Positions 1-8,197 of a stretch of DNA of 32,000 bases are shown here, piece by piece; position 1 is the stretch's first letter; every line of letters starts with the position of its first letter. A program made the position numbers and the translations under genes. Below the pieces are notes generated by a model. It was not told the DNA's origin and did no database searches. It saw only the letters and a list, made by a program, of their open reading frames with translations. Origin of the DNA: Synechocystis sp. PCC 6803 substr. PCC-P (GTDB lineage: Bacteria > Cyanobacteriota > Cyanobacteriia > Cyanobacteriales > Microcystaceae); the NCBI RefSeq assembly GCF_000284455.1, contig NC_017039.1, positions 2,250,001 through 2,282,000 of the forward strand, written 5' to 3'.

Positions 1-784
1 TCATAGTCACCCCTTTGCCTTTGATTTGTTTATAAAGTTGATCCAGTCCATCGGTGGTGATGGTGTAGCCCACTCGGAATGTAGGAGCGGCCATGGCGGC
101 CACCATATTTTGCACCAAAGCTTTTTGGAAAGTGGTCAGGGGTACTGTCTGGCCGACGGGAACACTGGGGGTAGAGGTTACCCTTGGAGTAGGGGCAGGG
201 GATGTTTTAGGAGCTGGGGCACTGGGGGCAGCGATGGAAGCAGTGACGGGTTTACCAGCGGCACTTTCAATATCTGCGGCCACAATTCTGCCGTGGGGGC
301 CAGTGCCAGCAATGGTAGCTAAATCAACTTTTAACTCTTTGGCTAGTTTTTTCGCCCGGGGGGAAGCAATAATTCGCCCACTGCCTTTGCCATTGCCGTT
401 ACTGCTAGGGGCCGGAGTTGTCTCTATGGCAGTTGCACTGGCGATCGCCACTGGTTCAGGTTGTTGGGGGGCTGGGGTTGCAGTCGGAGCCGCACTAGAA
501 CCACCACCAGAGCCAGCTTTAGCTTGGGCTTCGGCAATTTCCGCTTCCGTTTCCACCACTAGGCCAAGGGTTGCCCCCACGGGAGCTTCTTCCCCTGCTG
601 GAACTAGAATGGCGGCTAGGTAACCTTCGTTAAAGGACTCCACGTCCATATCTGCTTTGTCCGATTCCACCACCAAGACAGTTTCACCTTTTTCCACTTT
701 GTCGCCGGGGGACTTAGTCCAAGAAACAATTTTCCCCTCGGTCATGGTGGAACTCAGGGCGGGCATGAAAATGTCGTAAATCAT
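1..784 (-). CDS. pdhC: dihydrolipoamide acetyltransferase (pyruvate dehydrogenase E2), N-terminal ~261 codons; 3' end lies beyond the window start
   Basis: Absent from the ORF track because it runs off the window. Minus-strand translation from ATG (784-782) gives MIYDIFMPALSSTMTEGKIVSWTKSPGDKVEKGETVLVVESDKADMDVESFNEGYLAAILV. This is a lipoyl domain with the ESDKA lipoyl-lysine motif. It is followed by an Ala/Pro/Gly linker, the subunit-binding motif IASPRAKKLAKELKVDLATIAGTGPHGRIV, and the start of the catalytic domain. The + ORFs 26..322 and 93..623 are shadow frames of this gene. Confidence 0.9.
   Translation of the reverse strand, partial: MIYDIFMPALSSTMTEGKIVSWTKSPGDKVEKGETVLVVESDKADMDVESFNEGYLAAILVPAGEEAPVGATLGLVVETEAEIAEAQAKAGSGGGSSAAPTATPAPQQPEPVAIASATAIETTPAPSSNGNGKGSGRIIASPRAKKLAKELKVDLATIAGTGPHGRIVAADIESAAGKPVTASIAAPSAPAPKTSPAPTPRVTSTPSVPVGQTVPLTTFQKALVQNMVAAMAAPTFRVGYTITTDGLDQLYKQIKGKGVTM
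441..448. repeat. HIP1 octamer GCGATCGC (one example of about 38 exact copies counted by eye)
   Basis: Exact GCGATCGC. Other copies include 19137-19144, 23869-23876 and 26139-26146. This highly iterated palindrome is characteristic of many cyanobacterial genomes. Confidence 0.95.
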
Positions 785-994
785 GGTGGTTTTATCTCTT
801 AAATCTCTTGTAGATCCCTTGGAATACAGCGGATTAGGACTGCGGAAGACCGTTCAAATTCTATCAGATTTCTGCCGGGGGGTTAGTTAAGGAGCACTTT
901 TCGACCATCTAGGCGATCGCCCAAAGGAAAATGTCAAAATGGGTTAGGATTATCCAGATCCATTGTTGATCAGTCAAGAAAATAGCAAACTGCC

Positions 995-1633
995 ATGACC
1001 TCCTATTCCTCTGCAACGGCCCGCGCTGAAATGAGTGAACTGCGGCGCTTGAAAAGTTTACTGCCGCCGGAACTCCAAAGTTGGGTAATGGTGGAAGGCA
1101 GTACCGAAGTTAATCCCCCTCTGATCCGTTCGGAAGAATTGGGGCGGGATGAGATTGAAATTCAGGTGGATTTGGCCAAATGGGAAAACCTGGCCATTGA
1201 CCAGCGGAATTTACTCTTTTGGCACGAAGTGGCCCGCATTCAGAGTGATACCATTCCCCGGGAAGGTTGGGAAATGGCTGCCTTGGCGATCGGTTTGGGG
1301 GGTGCAGTGGGGGAACTGTGGGTGCAAGATGGATTGCTCTTACTTTTAGCCCTGGGATTATGTGGCATTTCTGGCTACCGGCTCTGGCAAAAAAATAACG
1401 GTGAAAAACGGATCAAAGAGGCGATCGAGGCGGATGAAAAGGCCATTACCCTGGCTACCCGTTTCGGCTATACCTTGCCTAATGCCTACAAAAGTCTTGG
1501 CAGTGCTTTCAAAACATTAATCGAACAAACCCCCAACCGTCGTCAACGCAAACAGTATGAAACCCGTCTCCAAGCCCTGCGCCAAAGTGCAGCCAAAATG
1601 AAAGCTAAAACCCAAAAGGCCAAGGCTCTCTAA
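995..1633 (+). CDS. conserved hypothetical membrane protein (two central hydrophobic helices, Lys/Gln-rich C-terminal tail)
   Basis: 212-aa ORF with an ATG start. Hydrophobic segments AALAIGLGGAVGELWV and LLLLLALGLCGISGY. Basic coiled-coil-like tail RRQRKQYETRLQALRQSAAKMKAKTQKAKAL. I cannot name a family with certainty. Confidence 0.7.
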   Translation: MTSYSSATARAEMSELRRLKSLLPPELQSWVMVEGSTEVNPPLIRSEELGRDEIEIQVDLAKWENLAIDQRNLLFWHEVARIQSDTIPREGWEMAALAIGLGGAVGELWVQDGLLLLLALGLCGISGYRLWQKNNGEKRIKEAIEADEKAITLATRFGYTLPNAYKSLGSAFKTLIEQTPNRRQRKQYETRLQALRQSAAKMKAKTQKAKAL

Positions 1634-1937
1634 ACATAGTTGATTGTCTAGTTAGTCAAAGTCCCTTGTCTCGGCATGGGCTGAGTTTGCCGCCACTGTG
1701 CATTTTTCCACAACCATCGTCACTACGGCGAATTGCAGGCTGGTAGAACTGGTTTGGTAAATGACCTGTGACTATCCATCAATTGAAGGCATTGGCAAGA
1801 TGGAAACCTTCCAGAAGGAACGGGAATGCTGGTTCGATCGCTAATTCTGGACAGGATAACAAAACCAGTTGGTAATGTGGAAAAAGCTGTCTCCATGTCA
1901 TTTGGACTGATGCCCTGTTTACTTTATTAACCCCACC

Positions 1938-4280
1938 ATGGTTCAACTTTCCCCGACCCCTGCATCAACCCTGACTTACAAAGACGCAAATGGGCAAAAT
2001 CGTACTGCTAGCTTGACCCTCGACGTGGGGGGCATGAAATGTGCCGGTTGTGTGGCGGCGGTGGAAAGACAATTGGATCAACTAACGGGAGTGACGGACA
2101 GTTGCGTCAATTTGGTCACAGCGGTGGCGGTGGTGCGTTATGAACCGGAAAAGATTCAACCCCAGGCGATCGCCGAACATTTGAGTCAGCGGGGATTTCC
2201 CAGTCAGATTCGTCATGGCCATGGCGCTATCCCTGCGACGATAGGGGAAAAAGAGACAAGGGAAAACGTTAACTGGGGTTTGACCATTGCCCTGGTGTTA
2301 CTGCTCCTATCGGGGTTGGGGCATCTAAGCCATTTTGGTGGCCCCATGATTCCCTTTTTCCATCACCCCATATTTCATTGGAGCTTGGCAACCCTGGCGA
2401 TCGCCATACCGGGGCGGGAAATTTTTCTTGATGGTTGGCGAGGTTTGAGATTTGGCCATGCCAACATGAACACTCTGGTGGCTTTGGGGACTGGCAGTGC
2501 GTACCTCACCAGTTGCATTGCCTGGGCTTGGCCTGGACTTGGCTGGGAATGCTTTTTTGATGAGCCGGTGATGTTGTTGGGGATGTTACTACTGGGCAGA
2601 ACCCTGGAGAGTAAAGCAAGGCAAAAAGCCAAATCTGCGTTGACAGAATTATTGGCTTTGCAACCATCCCTAGCTCGGTTAGTGGGGCGGGGAGAGGACC
2701 AAGGAGAAACTGGCATTGAAATTCCTGTGGAACAGGTGCGGGTGGGGGAATGGGTACAGGTGCTCCCCGGGGAAAAAATCCCGGTGGATGGCATTCTGGT
2801 GGCGGGAAAAACCCTGGTGGACGAGTCCTTGTTAACCGGTGAATCCCTACCAGTGGCGAAAAATGTTGATGATGCCGTCATTGCGGGAGCTTGGAATCAG
2901 TCCGGAGCCATTATTATTGCCGCTACCCACATTGGAGCAGAAACCACTTTGGCTCGCATTATCCAACTGGTGGAAACGGCCCAAACCCAAAAAGCTCCCA
3001 TGCAACGATTGGCTGATCAAGTGGCGGGCTGGTTTGCCTATGGGGTGTTGGCGATCGCCTTGGTAACGTTAGGCTTCTGGGCCATGGTGGGGCAATCCTT
3101 ATTTCCCGAAATGGTGGCGGATACCGGACTTTCTCCCCTTTTGCTAGCTCTCAAATTGAGTGTTTCCGTCTTGGTGGTGGCTTGTCCCTGTGCTTTAGGT
3201 TTAGCCACCCCCACAGCGATTTTGGTGGGCACCAGTTTGGGAGCAGAACAGGGCATTCTGATCAAAGGGGGTAACATTCTCGAAATTCTTCAACGCACCA
3301 CGGTGATGGCCTTCGACAAAACGGGCACCCTCACCCAGGGTAATTTGCAGTTAACCGATGCGGTGCCAGTGGCTGATATTACTGGGATTGAATTATTAAC
3401 CCTAGCGGCTTCTGTGGAACAGGGAACTCGCCATCCCCTCGCCCAAGGCTTAATCTCCAGTGCCCAGGGTCTGGAACTATTGCCGGTGGAAAATATCGAA
3501 ACGGAAGCGGGGCAAGGGGTTCAGGGTTGGTACCAAGGCGATCGCCTGTTGGTGGGAAATCAACAATGGCTCATGGAACAGGGGGTAATGGGGGAACCTC
3601 AATGGCAAACAGCGGTGGATCAACTGCTTGACCAGGGGAAAACCGTTATTTTTGTCGCTCGCAATCAGCAATTACAGGGATTTTTAGCCTTGCGGGATAC
3701 TCTCCGACCGGAAGCCAAGGCCACCATTGCCCAACTGAAACAATGGGGTATTGCTCCCTTGCTGTTAACCGGCGACCATCCCGCCATTGCCCAGGCGATC
3801 GCCATGGAAGTAGGTATCGAGGAATTTCAAGCCCAGATGACCCCCCAGGCCAAGGTGGCCAAAATCAAGGCAATGCAAGGGTTTAACCCTGTATCAGTGA
3901 TAGCGATGGTAGGGGACGGCATTAATGATGCTCCAGCCCTGGCCCAGGCCGATGTAGGCATTTCCCTCTCCGGGGCGACAGCGGTGGCCATGGAAACAGC
4001 CGATGTGGTGTTAATGCGCTCCCATCTTTCCGATGTGCTCAAAGCTTTGACCCTAAGTCGTAGCACAGTGGCTAAAATCAAGCAAAATCTCCTCTGGGCT
4101 TTGGGCTACAATCTCCTTGCCATTCCCCTGGCCGCTGGGGCATTCTTGCCTAGTTTTGCCATTGTGCTGACTCCGGCGATCGCCGCGGCTATGATGGCCA
4201 GTAGTTCCATTGTGGTGGTGTTGAATGCCCTAGCTTTGCGGTATCAATTTTCCCGTTCCCTTGGTCAAGATCCCGGTTAA
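1938..4280 (+). CDS. ctaA: copper-transporting P1B-type ATPase
   Basis: 780-aa ORF with an ATG start. N-terminal HMA metal-binding motif GMKCAGCV. Actuator TGES (LLTGESLP), transmembrane CPC motif (VACPCALGLATP), phosphorylation site DKTGTLT, HP motif (GTRHPLA) and hinge GDGINDAP. Confidence 0.95.
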   Translation: MVQLSPTPASTLTYKDANGQNRTASLTLDVGGMKCAGCVAAVERQLDQLTGVTDSCVNLVTAVAVVRYEPEKIQPQAIAEHLSQRGFPSQIRHGHGAIPATIGEKETRENVNWGLTIALVLLLLSGLGHLSHFGGPMIPFFHHPIFHWSLATLAIAIPGREIFLDGWRGLRFGHANMNTLVALGTGSAYLTSCIAWAWPGLGWECFFDEPVMLLGMLLLGRTLESKARQKAKSALTELLALQPSLARLVGRGEDQGETGIEIPVEQVRVGEWVQVLPGEKIPVDGILVAGKTLVDESLLTGESLPVAKNVDDAVIAGAWNQSGAIIIAATHIGAETTLARIIQLVETAQTQKAPMQRLADQVAGWFAYGVLAIALVTLGFWAMVGQSLFPEMVADTGLSPLLLALKLSVSVLVVACPCALGLATPTAILVGTSLGAEQGILIKGGNILEILQRTTVMAFDKTGTLTQGNLQLTDAVPVADITGIELLTLAASVEQGTRHPLAQGLISSAQGLELLPVENIETEAGQGVQGWYQGDRLLVGNQQWLMEQGVMGEPQWQTAVDQLLDQGKTVIFVARNQQLQGFLALRDTLRPEAKATIAQLKQWGIAPLLLTGDHPAIAQAIAMEVGIEEFQAQMTPQAKVAKIKAMQGFNPVSVIAMVGDGINDAPALAQADVGISLSGATAVAMETADVVLMRSHLSDVLKALTLSRSTVAKIKQNLLWALGYNLLAIPLAAGAFLPSFAIVLTPAIAAAMMASSSIVVVLNALALRYQFSRSLGQDPG

Positions 4281-4522
4281 GGTTCGGCGGGCAAAGAAGT
4301 GAACTACCTAAGCTATTTAAATCTCTGGCGAAGCTGGAGGCTTTTTTAGGCGGAATTAGGTTGATTTACCGTCAATTTAGCCCCTGATTTAAGGATTGCT
4401 TGGTTAGTTTGGTTAAGATTGATGAGGGTAAATTTTTGATCGTTTGCCCATTGGATCGATTGGGAACTAAACTTCGTCCAGTCTATTTGTCCGTTACCAT
4501 CCGCTTTTTTTCTCCCCCGGCC

Positions 4523-4996
4523 ATGTCTGATCCCTCGGCAAAACCCCTGCAAGAGCACATTTTGATCATCTTAGATGACGCTGGCCGTCGAGAAGTTTTA
4601 CTCACTGAAACCTTCTACACCATCGGGCGATCGCCGAGGGCTGATATCCGCATCAAATCCCAATTTGTTTCCCGTATCCATGCGGTGCTGGTGCGTAAAT
4701 CCTCCGACGATGTACAAGCCGCTTACCGAATTATTGACGGCGATGAAGATGGACAGAGTAGTGTCAATGGACTGATGATTAATGGCAAAAAAGTGCAAGA
4801 GCATATCATCCAAACCGGAGACGAAATTGTCATGGGTCCCCAGGTGTCTGTGCGCTACGAGTACCGTCGCCGGGACCAATTTGGTACTATGCCGGGCAAC
4901 GAACAATTTGATATCACCCTCATTGACCCTGGCATGATTGACGATGAGGAGGAAATTCCTACCTCTGTTTCTTCCTCTCCCCCAGAAATGGAATAA
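4523..4996 (+). CDS. FHA domain-containing protein (stand-alone, acidic C-terminal tail)
   Basis: FHA signature FYTIGRSPRADIRIKSQFVSRIHAVLVR ... SVNGLMINGKKVQEHIIQTGDEIVMG. The ORF track starts at a TTG (4400). I prefer the in-frame ATG at 4523 (MSDPSAKPLQEH...) because the 41-codon extension looks non-protein-like. The start is uncertain. Confidence 0.78.
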   Translation: MSDPSAKPLQEHILIILDDAGRREVLLTETFYTIGRSPRADIRIKSQFVSRIHAVLVRKSSDDVQAAYRIIDGDEDGQSSVNGLMINGKKVQEHIIQTGDEIVMGPQVSVRYEYRRRDQFGTMPGNEQFDITLIDPGMIDDEEEIPTSVSSSPPEME

Positions 4997-5028
4997 TTAT
5001 TGGTGTGTTTGTTAGACGGTAATGACCA

Positions 5029-5790
5029 ATGGGCGGCCGTAAATGGCAGAGTATTAAACGACAAAAAGCACGGGTGGATGCCCAGAAAGGTAAAACCACC
5101 ACCCAACTTTCCCGGGCCATTATTGTGGCCGCTCGCCAGGGCATTCCCGATCCGGCGGGCAACTTCCAACTGCGGACAGCCATCGAAAAAGCCAGGGCCG
5201 CAGGGGTTCCCAATGACAGCATCGACCGGGCGATCGCCAAGGGGGCAGGCACCTATGAGGATGGGGAAAGTAATTACGAGGAAATGCGCTACGAAGGCTA
5301 TGGCCCAGGGGGAGTAGCAGTGTTAATTGAAGCCCTCACCGATAACCGCAACCGCACGGCGGCAGATCTACGGGCGGCATTTAGCAAAAAAGGTGGAAAT
5401 TTGGGGGAAACCGGTTGTGTCAGTTGGATGTTTAGCCAAAAAGGGGTAATTCGCTTAGTAGGGGAACTGGAGGAAGAAAAGTTACTGGAAGCCTTGCTGG
5501 AAGGGGAAGGGGAAAGCTACGAATGGCTGGACGAGGAAGATGGGGGTGGGGTGGAAGTTTTCAGTGCAGTGAATCAACTGGAAAACCTCAACCAAGTGTT
5601 ACAGAACCACGGCTTCACCATTGCAGAGACGGAACTGCGTTGGTTACCGGAAAATACCATTGAAATTGCCGAGCCAGACCAAGCCAAGGCCCTTATGCAA
5701 ATGATCGACACATTGGAATCCTTGGACGATGTGCAATCGGTCACCAGCAACTTTGAGTTAACGGAAGAGTTGTTAGCCCTGGCGGGGTAG
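5029..5790 (+). CDS. YebC/PmpR-family DNA-binding transcriptional regulator
   Basis: 253-aa ORF with an ATG start. N-terminus MGGRKWQSIKRQKARVDAQKGKTTTQLSRAIIVAARQG and the downstream motif IRYEGYGPGGVAVLIEALTDNRNRTAADLR are typical of the YebC/TACO1 family. Confidence 0.92.
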   Translation: MGGRKWQSIKRQKARVDAQKGKTTTQLSRAIIVAARQGIPDPAGNFQLRTAIEKARAAGVPNDSIDRAIAKGAGTYEDGESNYEEMRYEGYGPGGVAVLIEALTDNRNRTAADLRAAFSKKGGNLGETGCVSWMFSQKGVIRLVGELEEEKLLEALLEGEGESYEWLDEEDGGGVEVFSAVNQLENLNQVLQNHGFTIAETELRWLPENTIEIAEPDQAKALMQMIDTLESLDDVQSVTSNFELTEELLALAG

Positions 5791-5899
5791 GCGGTGAGAT
5801 ACTGGGGAAGCGGAATGTTGATCCATTTTTCAGCATCCTCCCCTATCCACTGTTTCCTGGTGGTCTTTCCCCCAACTAATTTTTAAAGAGGCGAGTGCA

Positions 5900-7069
5900 G
5901 TGCAATTGACTAAAGGGTTAGAAGTCGAAATCTATACCGGCAAGAAAACCGGTGAGATTGTGGGGCTTTCCGATCGCATTGTGCGGGATTTGAGTGGCTT
6001 TGTGCGGGAGCCGGACAGCCGCAATGTGGAATACACTACACCTCCGCTAAATAGTTACGATCGCCTGTTGTGTGGAATTCTTCAGCCCCGTCGTCAATTA
6101 CGCCATTACCTCAGTCAACTAGGGGAAGACTACACATTAATACCGGGCAGTTGCTTGGCCCTGGGGGGGACGGATACCTTTTACCGTTCTGACCCCCAAA
6201 ATCCTTACCATACCTACATCGAACAAACCTACAGTACCCAGGTGGTCACCGCCAGCATTCACATCAATATAGGTATTCCTGATGTGGAGGAGTTGATCCG
6301 GGCCTGTCGTTTAGTGAGGATGGAAGCCCCGTTATATCTTGCCCTCAGTGCATCTTCCCCTTTTCTGAATGGCCAGGTAACAGGCTACCATTCCAGCCGT
6401 TGGCAGATGTTCCCCAAAACCCCCCAGGAGGTGCCCCTGTTTACAAGCCATGGCCATTTTGTGCAATGGACAGAGGAGCAATTGACCTTGGGCACTATGC
6501 AAAATGTCCGCCATCTTTGGTCAGCGGTGCGTCCCAACGGCGATAATCGACCCCATAACCTGAACCGTTTGGAATTACGGATCTGCGATTTGGTCACTAA
6601 CCCCCTCTCCCTCCTGGCGATCGTGGCCCTACTGGAAGCCCGGTTACAACAAATGCTGGCCGATCCCACCCTGGACCCCCTCCAACAAAGTCAACTTACC
6701 CCCTCGGAATTGCTAGCCCTAGCGGATCAAAATGAAATCTCCGCCGCCGTTAGTAGCCTGGACAGCACCCTGCACCATTGGCGGGATGGTCGGGCGATCG
6801 CCGCCAGAGAATGGATTGAGGAGTTATACCAGTCAGTACAGCTGGAAGCTAAATACCAGGGCTTTGCTTGCTTTTTGCCACCATTGCGAAAAATTTTGCG
6901 GGAAGGCAACCAGGCCCAACAATGGCTTACCCAATATGAACAGGGGAAAACGCCCCAAACCATTGTCCAGGAAGCGATTCTGCAAACGGAGATGGAGGAA
7001 GCCATCCTGGCCCAGGACCTCTGCTTACCCCTGAGCAAAGCCCGGGATGAAATACTAAGTTTGGTGTGA
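5900..7069 (+). CDS. gshA: glutamate--cysteine ligase, cyanobacterial type
   Basis: 389-aa ORF. GTG start preceded by AAGAGG (5886-5891) at 8-nt spacing. N-terminus LTKGLEVEIYTG and the motif NLNRLELRICD match my recollection of the cyanobacterial GshA family. The assignment is by recognition only, without alignment. Confidence 0.8.
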   Translation: MQLTKGLEVEIYTGKKTGEIVGLSDRIVRDLSGFVREPDSRNVEYTTPPLNSYDRLLCGILQPRRQLRHYLSQLGEDYTLIPGSCLALGGTDTFYRSDPQNPYHTYIEQTYSTQVVTASIHINIGIPDVEELIRACRLVRMEAPLYLALSASSPFLNGQVTGYHSSRWQMFPKTPQEVPLFTSHGHFVQWTEEQLTLGTMQNVRHLWSAVRPNGDNRPHNLNRLELRICDLVTNPLSLLAIVALLEARLQQMLADPTLDPLQQSQLTPSELLALADQNEISAAVSSLDSTLHHWRDGRAIAAREWIEELYQSVQLEAKYQGFACFLPPLRKILREGNQAQQWLTQYEQGKTPQTIVQEAILQTEMEEAILAQDLCLPLSKARDEILSLV

Positions 7070-7227
7070 TGGCTTCGGTAGCCGATAAAAAATCATAAAC
7101 TTTTGCCGAGGGGACAGTTTAATAACTGTTGGTTATCGATAGTTTGTGATCTCCGTCACCGGCATGACAAAATATTTTTGCCCATTTTTGCGGTAAATAT
7201 CAATTAAATTGTTCAAAAATAGTCTTT

Positions 7228-7689
7228 ATGGTCAAATTAGTCCTAGTTAATCCCCAAATCCCCCCTAATACTGGTAATATCGCCCGAACTTGTGCCGCCA
7301 CTGGGACAGAATTGCATCTGGTCGGCCCCCTAGGTTTTGAATTGGGTGATCGTTATCTCAAACGGGCAGGATTAGACTATTGGCCCTATGTTGACCTCCA
7401 TTACCACAACAGTTGTGAAGAATTTATTACCCATTGGCGTGGTCAAGGGGGTAACCTGCTCGGTTTTAGTGTCACTGGCACGGTTAATTTCTGGGACTAC
7501 ACCTACCAATCCACGGATTGGCTGATGATGGGCAGTGAAACAGATGGTTTACCCCAGATGATGCGGGATTTATCTACCCAGTTACTTTGCATTCCCATGC
7601 CCCACTCCGAGGTAAGGAGCTTGAATTTGGCCTCCAGCGCCGCCATTGCTCTGTTTGAGGCCGGACGACAGTTACGCAGTCTTGGCTAG
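7228..7689 (+). CDS. trmL: tRNA (cytidine/uridine-2'-O-)-methyltransferase TrmL (SpoU/TrmH family)
   Basis: 153-aa ORF. VLVNPQIPPNTGNIARTCAATGTELHLVGPLGFELGDRYLKRAGLDYW closely parallels E. coli TrmL (EPEIPPNTGNIIRLCANTG...RLRRAGLDYH). C-terminal SLNL motif of the trefoil-knot SAM site. Confidence 0.88.
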   Translation: MVKLVLVNPQIPPNTGNIARTCAATGTELHLVGPLGFELGDRYLKRAGLDYWPYVDLHYHNSCEEFITHWRGQGGNLLGFSVTGTVNFWDYTYQSTDWLMMGSETDGLPQMMRDLSTQLLCIPMPHSEVRSLNLASSAAIALFEAGRQLRSLG

Positions 7690-8184
7690 GAAACCCCGTC
7701 ACTACCATCGAGTTGGGCAAGAAGGACAAAATCGAACTAGTGAACTGATAAGAAATTGTGATGGCCGGAGCGAATTAGCCAAGGGGTCGATTCAATTAAA
7801 ATTTCTGATTAAAAATAAACTTAGGACTGATGATTCTCGGCGATCGCCAGGGGATTTTTTTTCAGAAAAGAGGACAAAGCAGCCAGGGAAAAAGCTTGGC
7901 AGGGCAAGGAAATTTGCCAGAAACAAAAACCGGAGGGCTACGTCTAGGGGGTCAGTTAACCACTGATCTAGATTCGTTACTATTTTTCACAACTCTGTAA
8001 AAGCGGGAATTTCCACCAGCTTGTCGAATCATTGAAAGCAGGTTAATCTTTCTTAGCAGTCTTCATTCTTCATTAGGTATATTGGCTCAGTCAGATTCAG
8101 TCGTGGAATTTAATCTCCCATTAAACCTGAAATGACTGGGGCGGTCTAACAATCTAGTTCTAGGTTTTAGGCTCATTCACACAC

Positions 8185-8191
8185 AAGGAGG
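8185..8191 (+). promoter_or_regulatory. Shine-Dalgarno AAGGAGG for the nlpD-like gene
   Basis: Perfect anti-16S complement 6 nt upstream of the TTG at 8198. Confidence 0.6.
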
Positions 8192-8197
8192 TTCTTC

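Noticed and set aside
26-623. Plus-strand ORFs 26..322 and 93..623 (Gly/Ala-rich products).
   Set aside because: They are shadow frames opposite the well-supported minus-strand E2 acetyltransferase gene, whose Ala/Pro linker keeps the opposite strand open. They have no domain signatures.
2375-2881. 168-aa minus-strand ORF inside ctaA. Similar antisense ORFs occur at 3038..3277, 3827..4081, 9818..10336, 19310..19777, 19787..20296 and 21467..21865.
   Set aside because: All lie antisense to, or out of frame within, genes with strong domain evidence. They have skewed Ser/Pro/Arg composition typical of shadow ORFs in GC-richer coding DNA.
7646-7966. 106-aa ORF overlapping the trmL stop.
   Set aside because: Its composition is extremely basic and low in complexity (RKFARNKNRRATSRG). 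It has no SD, overlaps the end of a real gene, and spans a HIP1/T8 terminator-like site. It is most likely non-coding.
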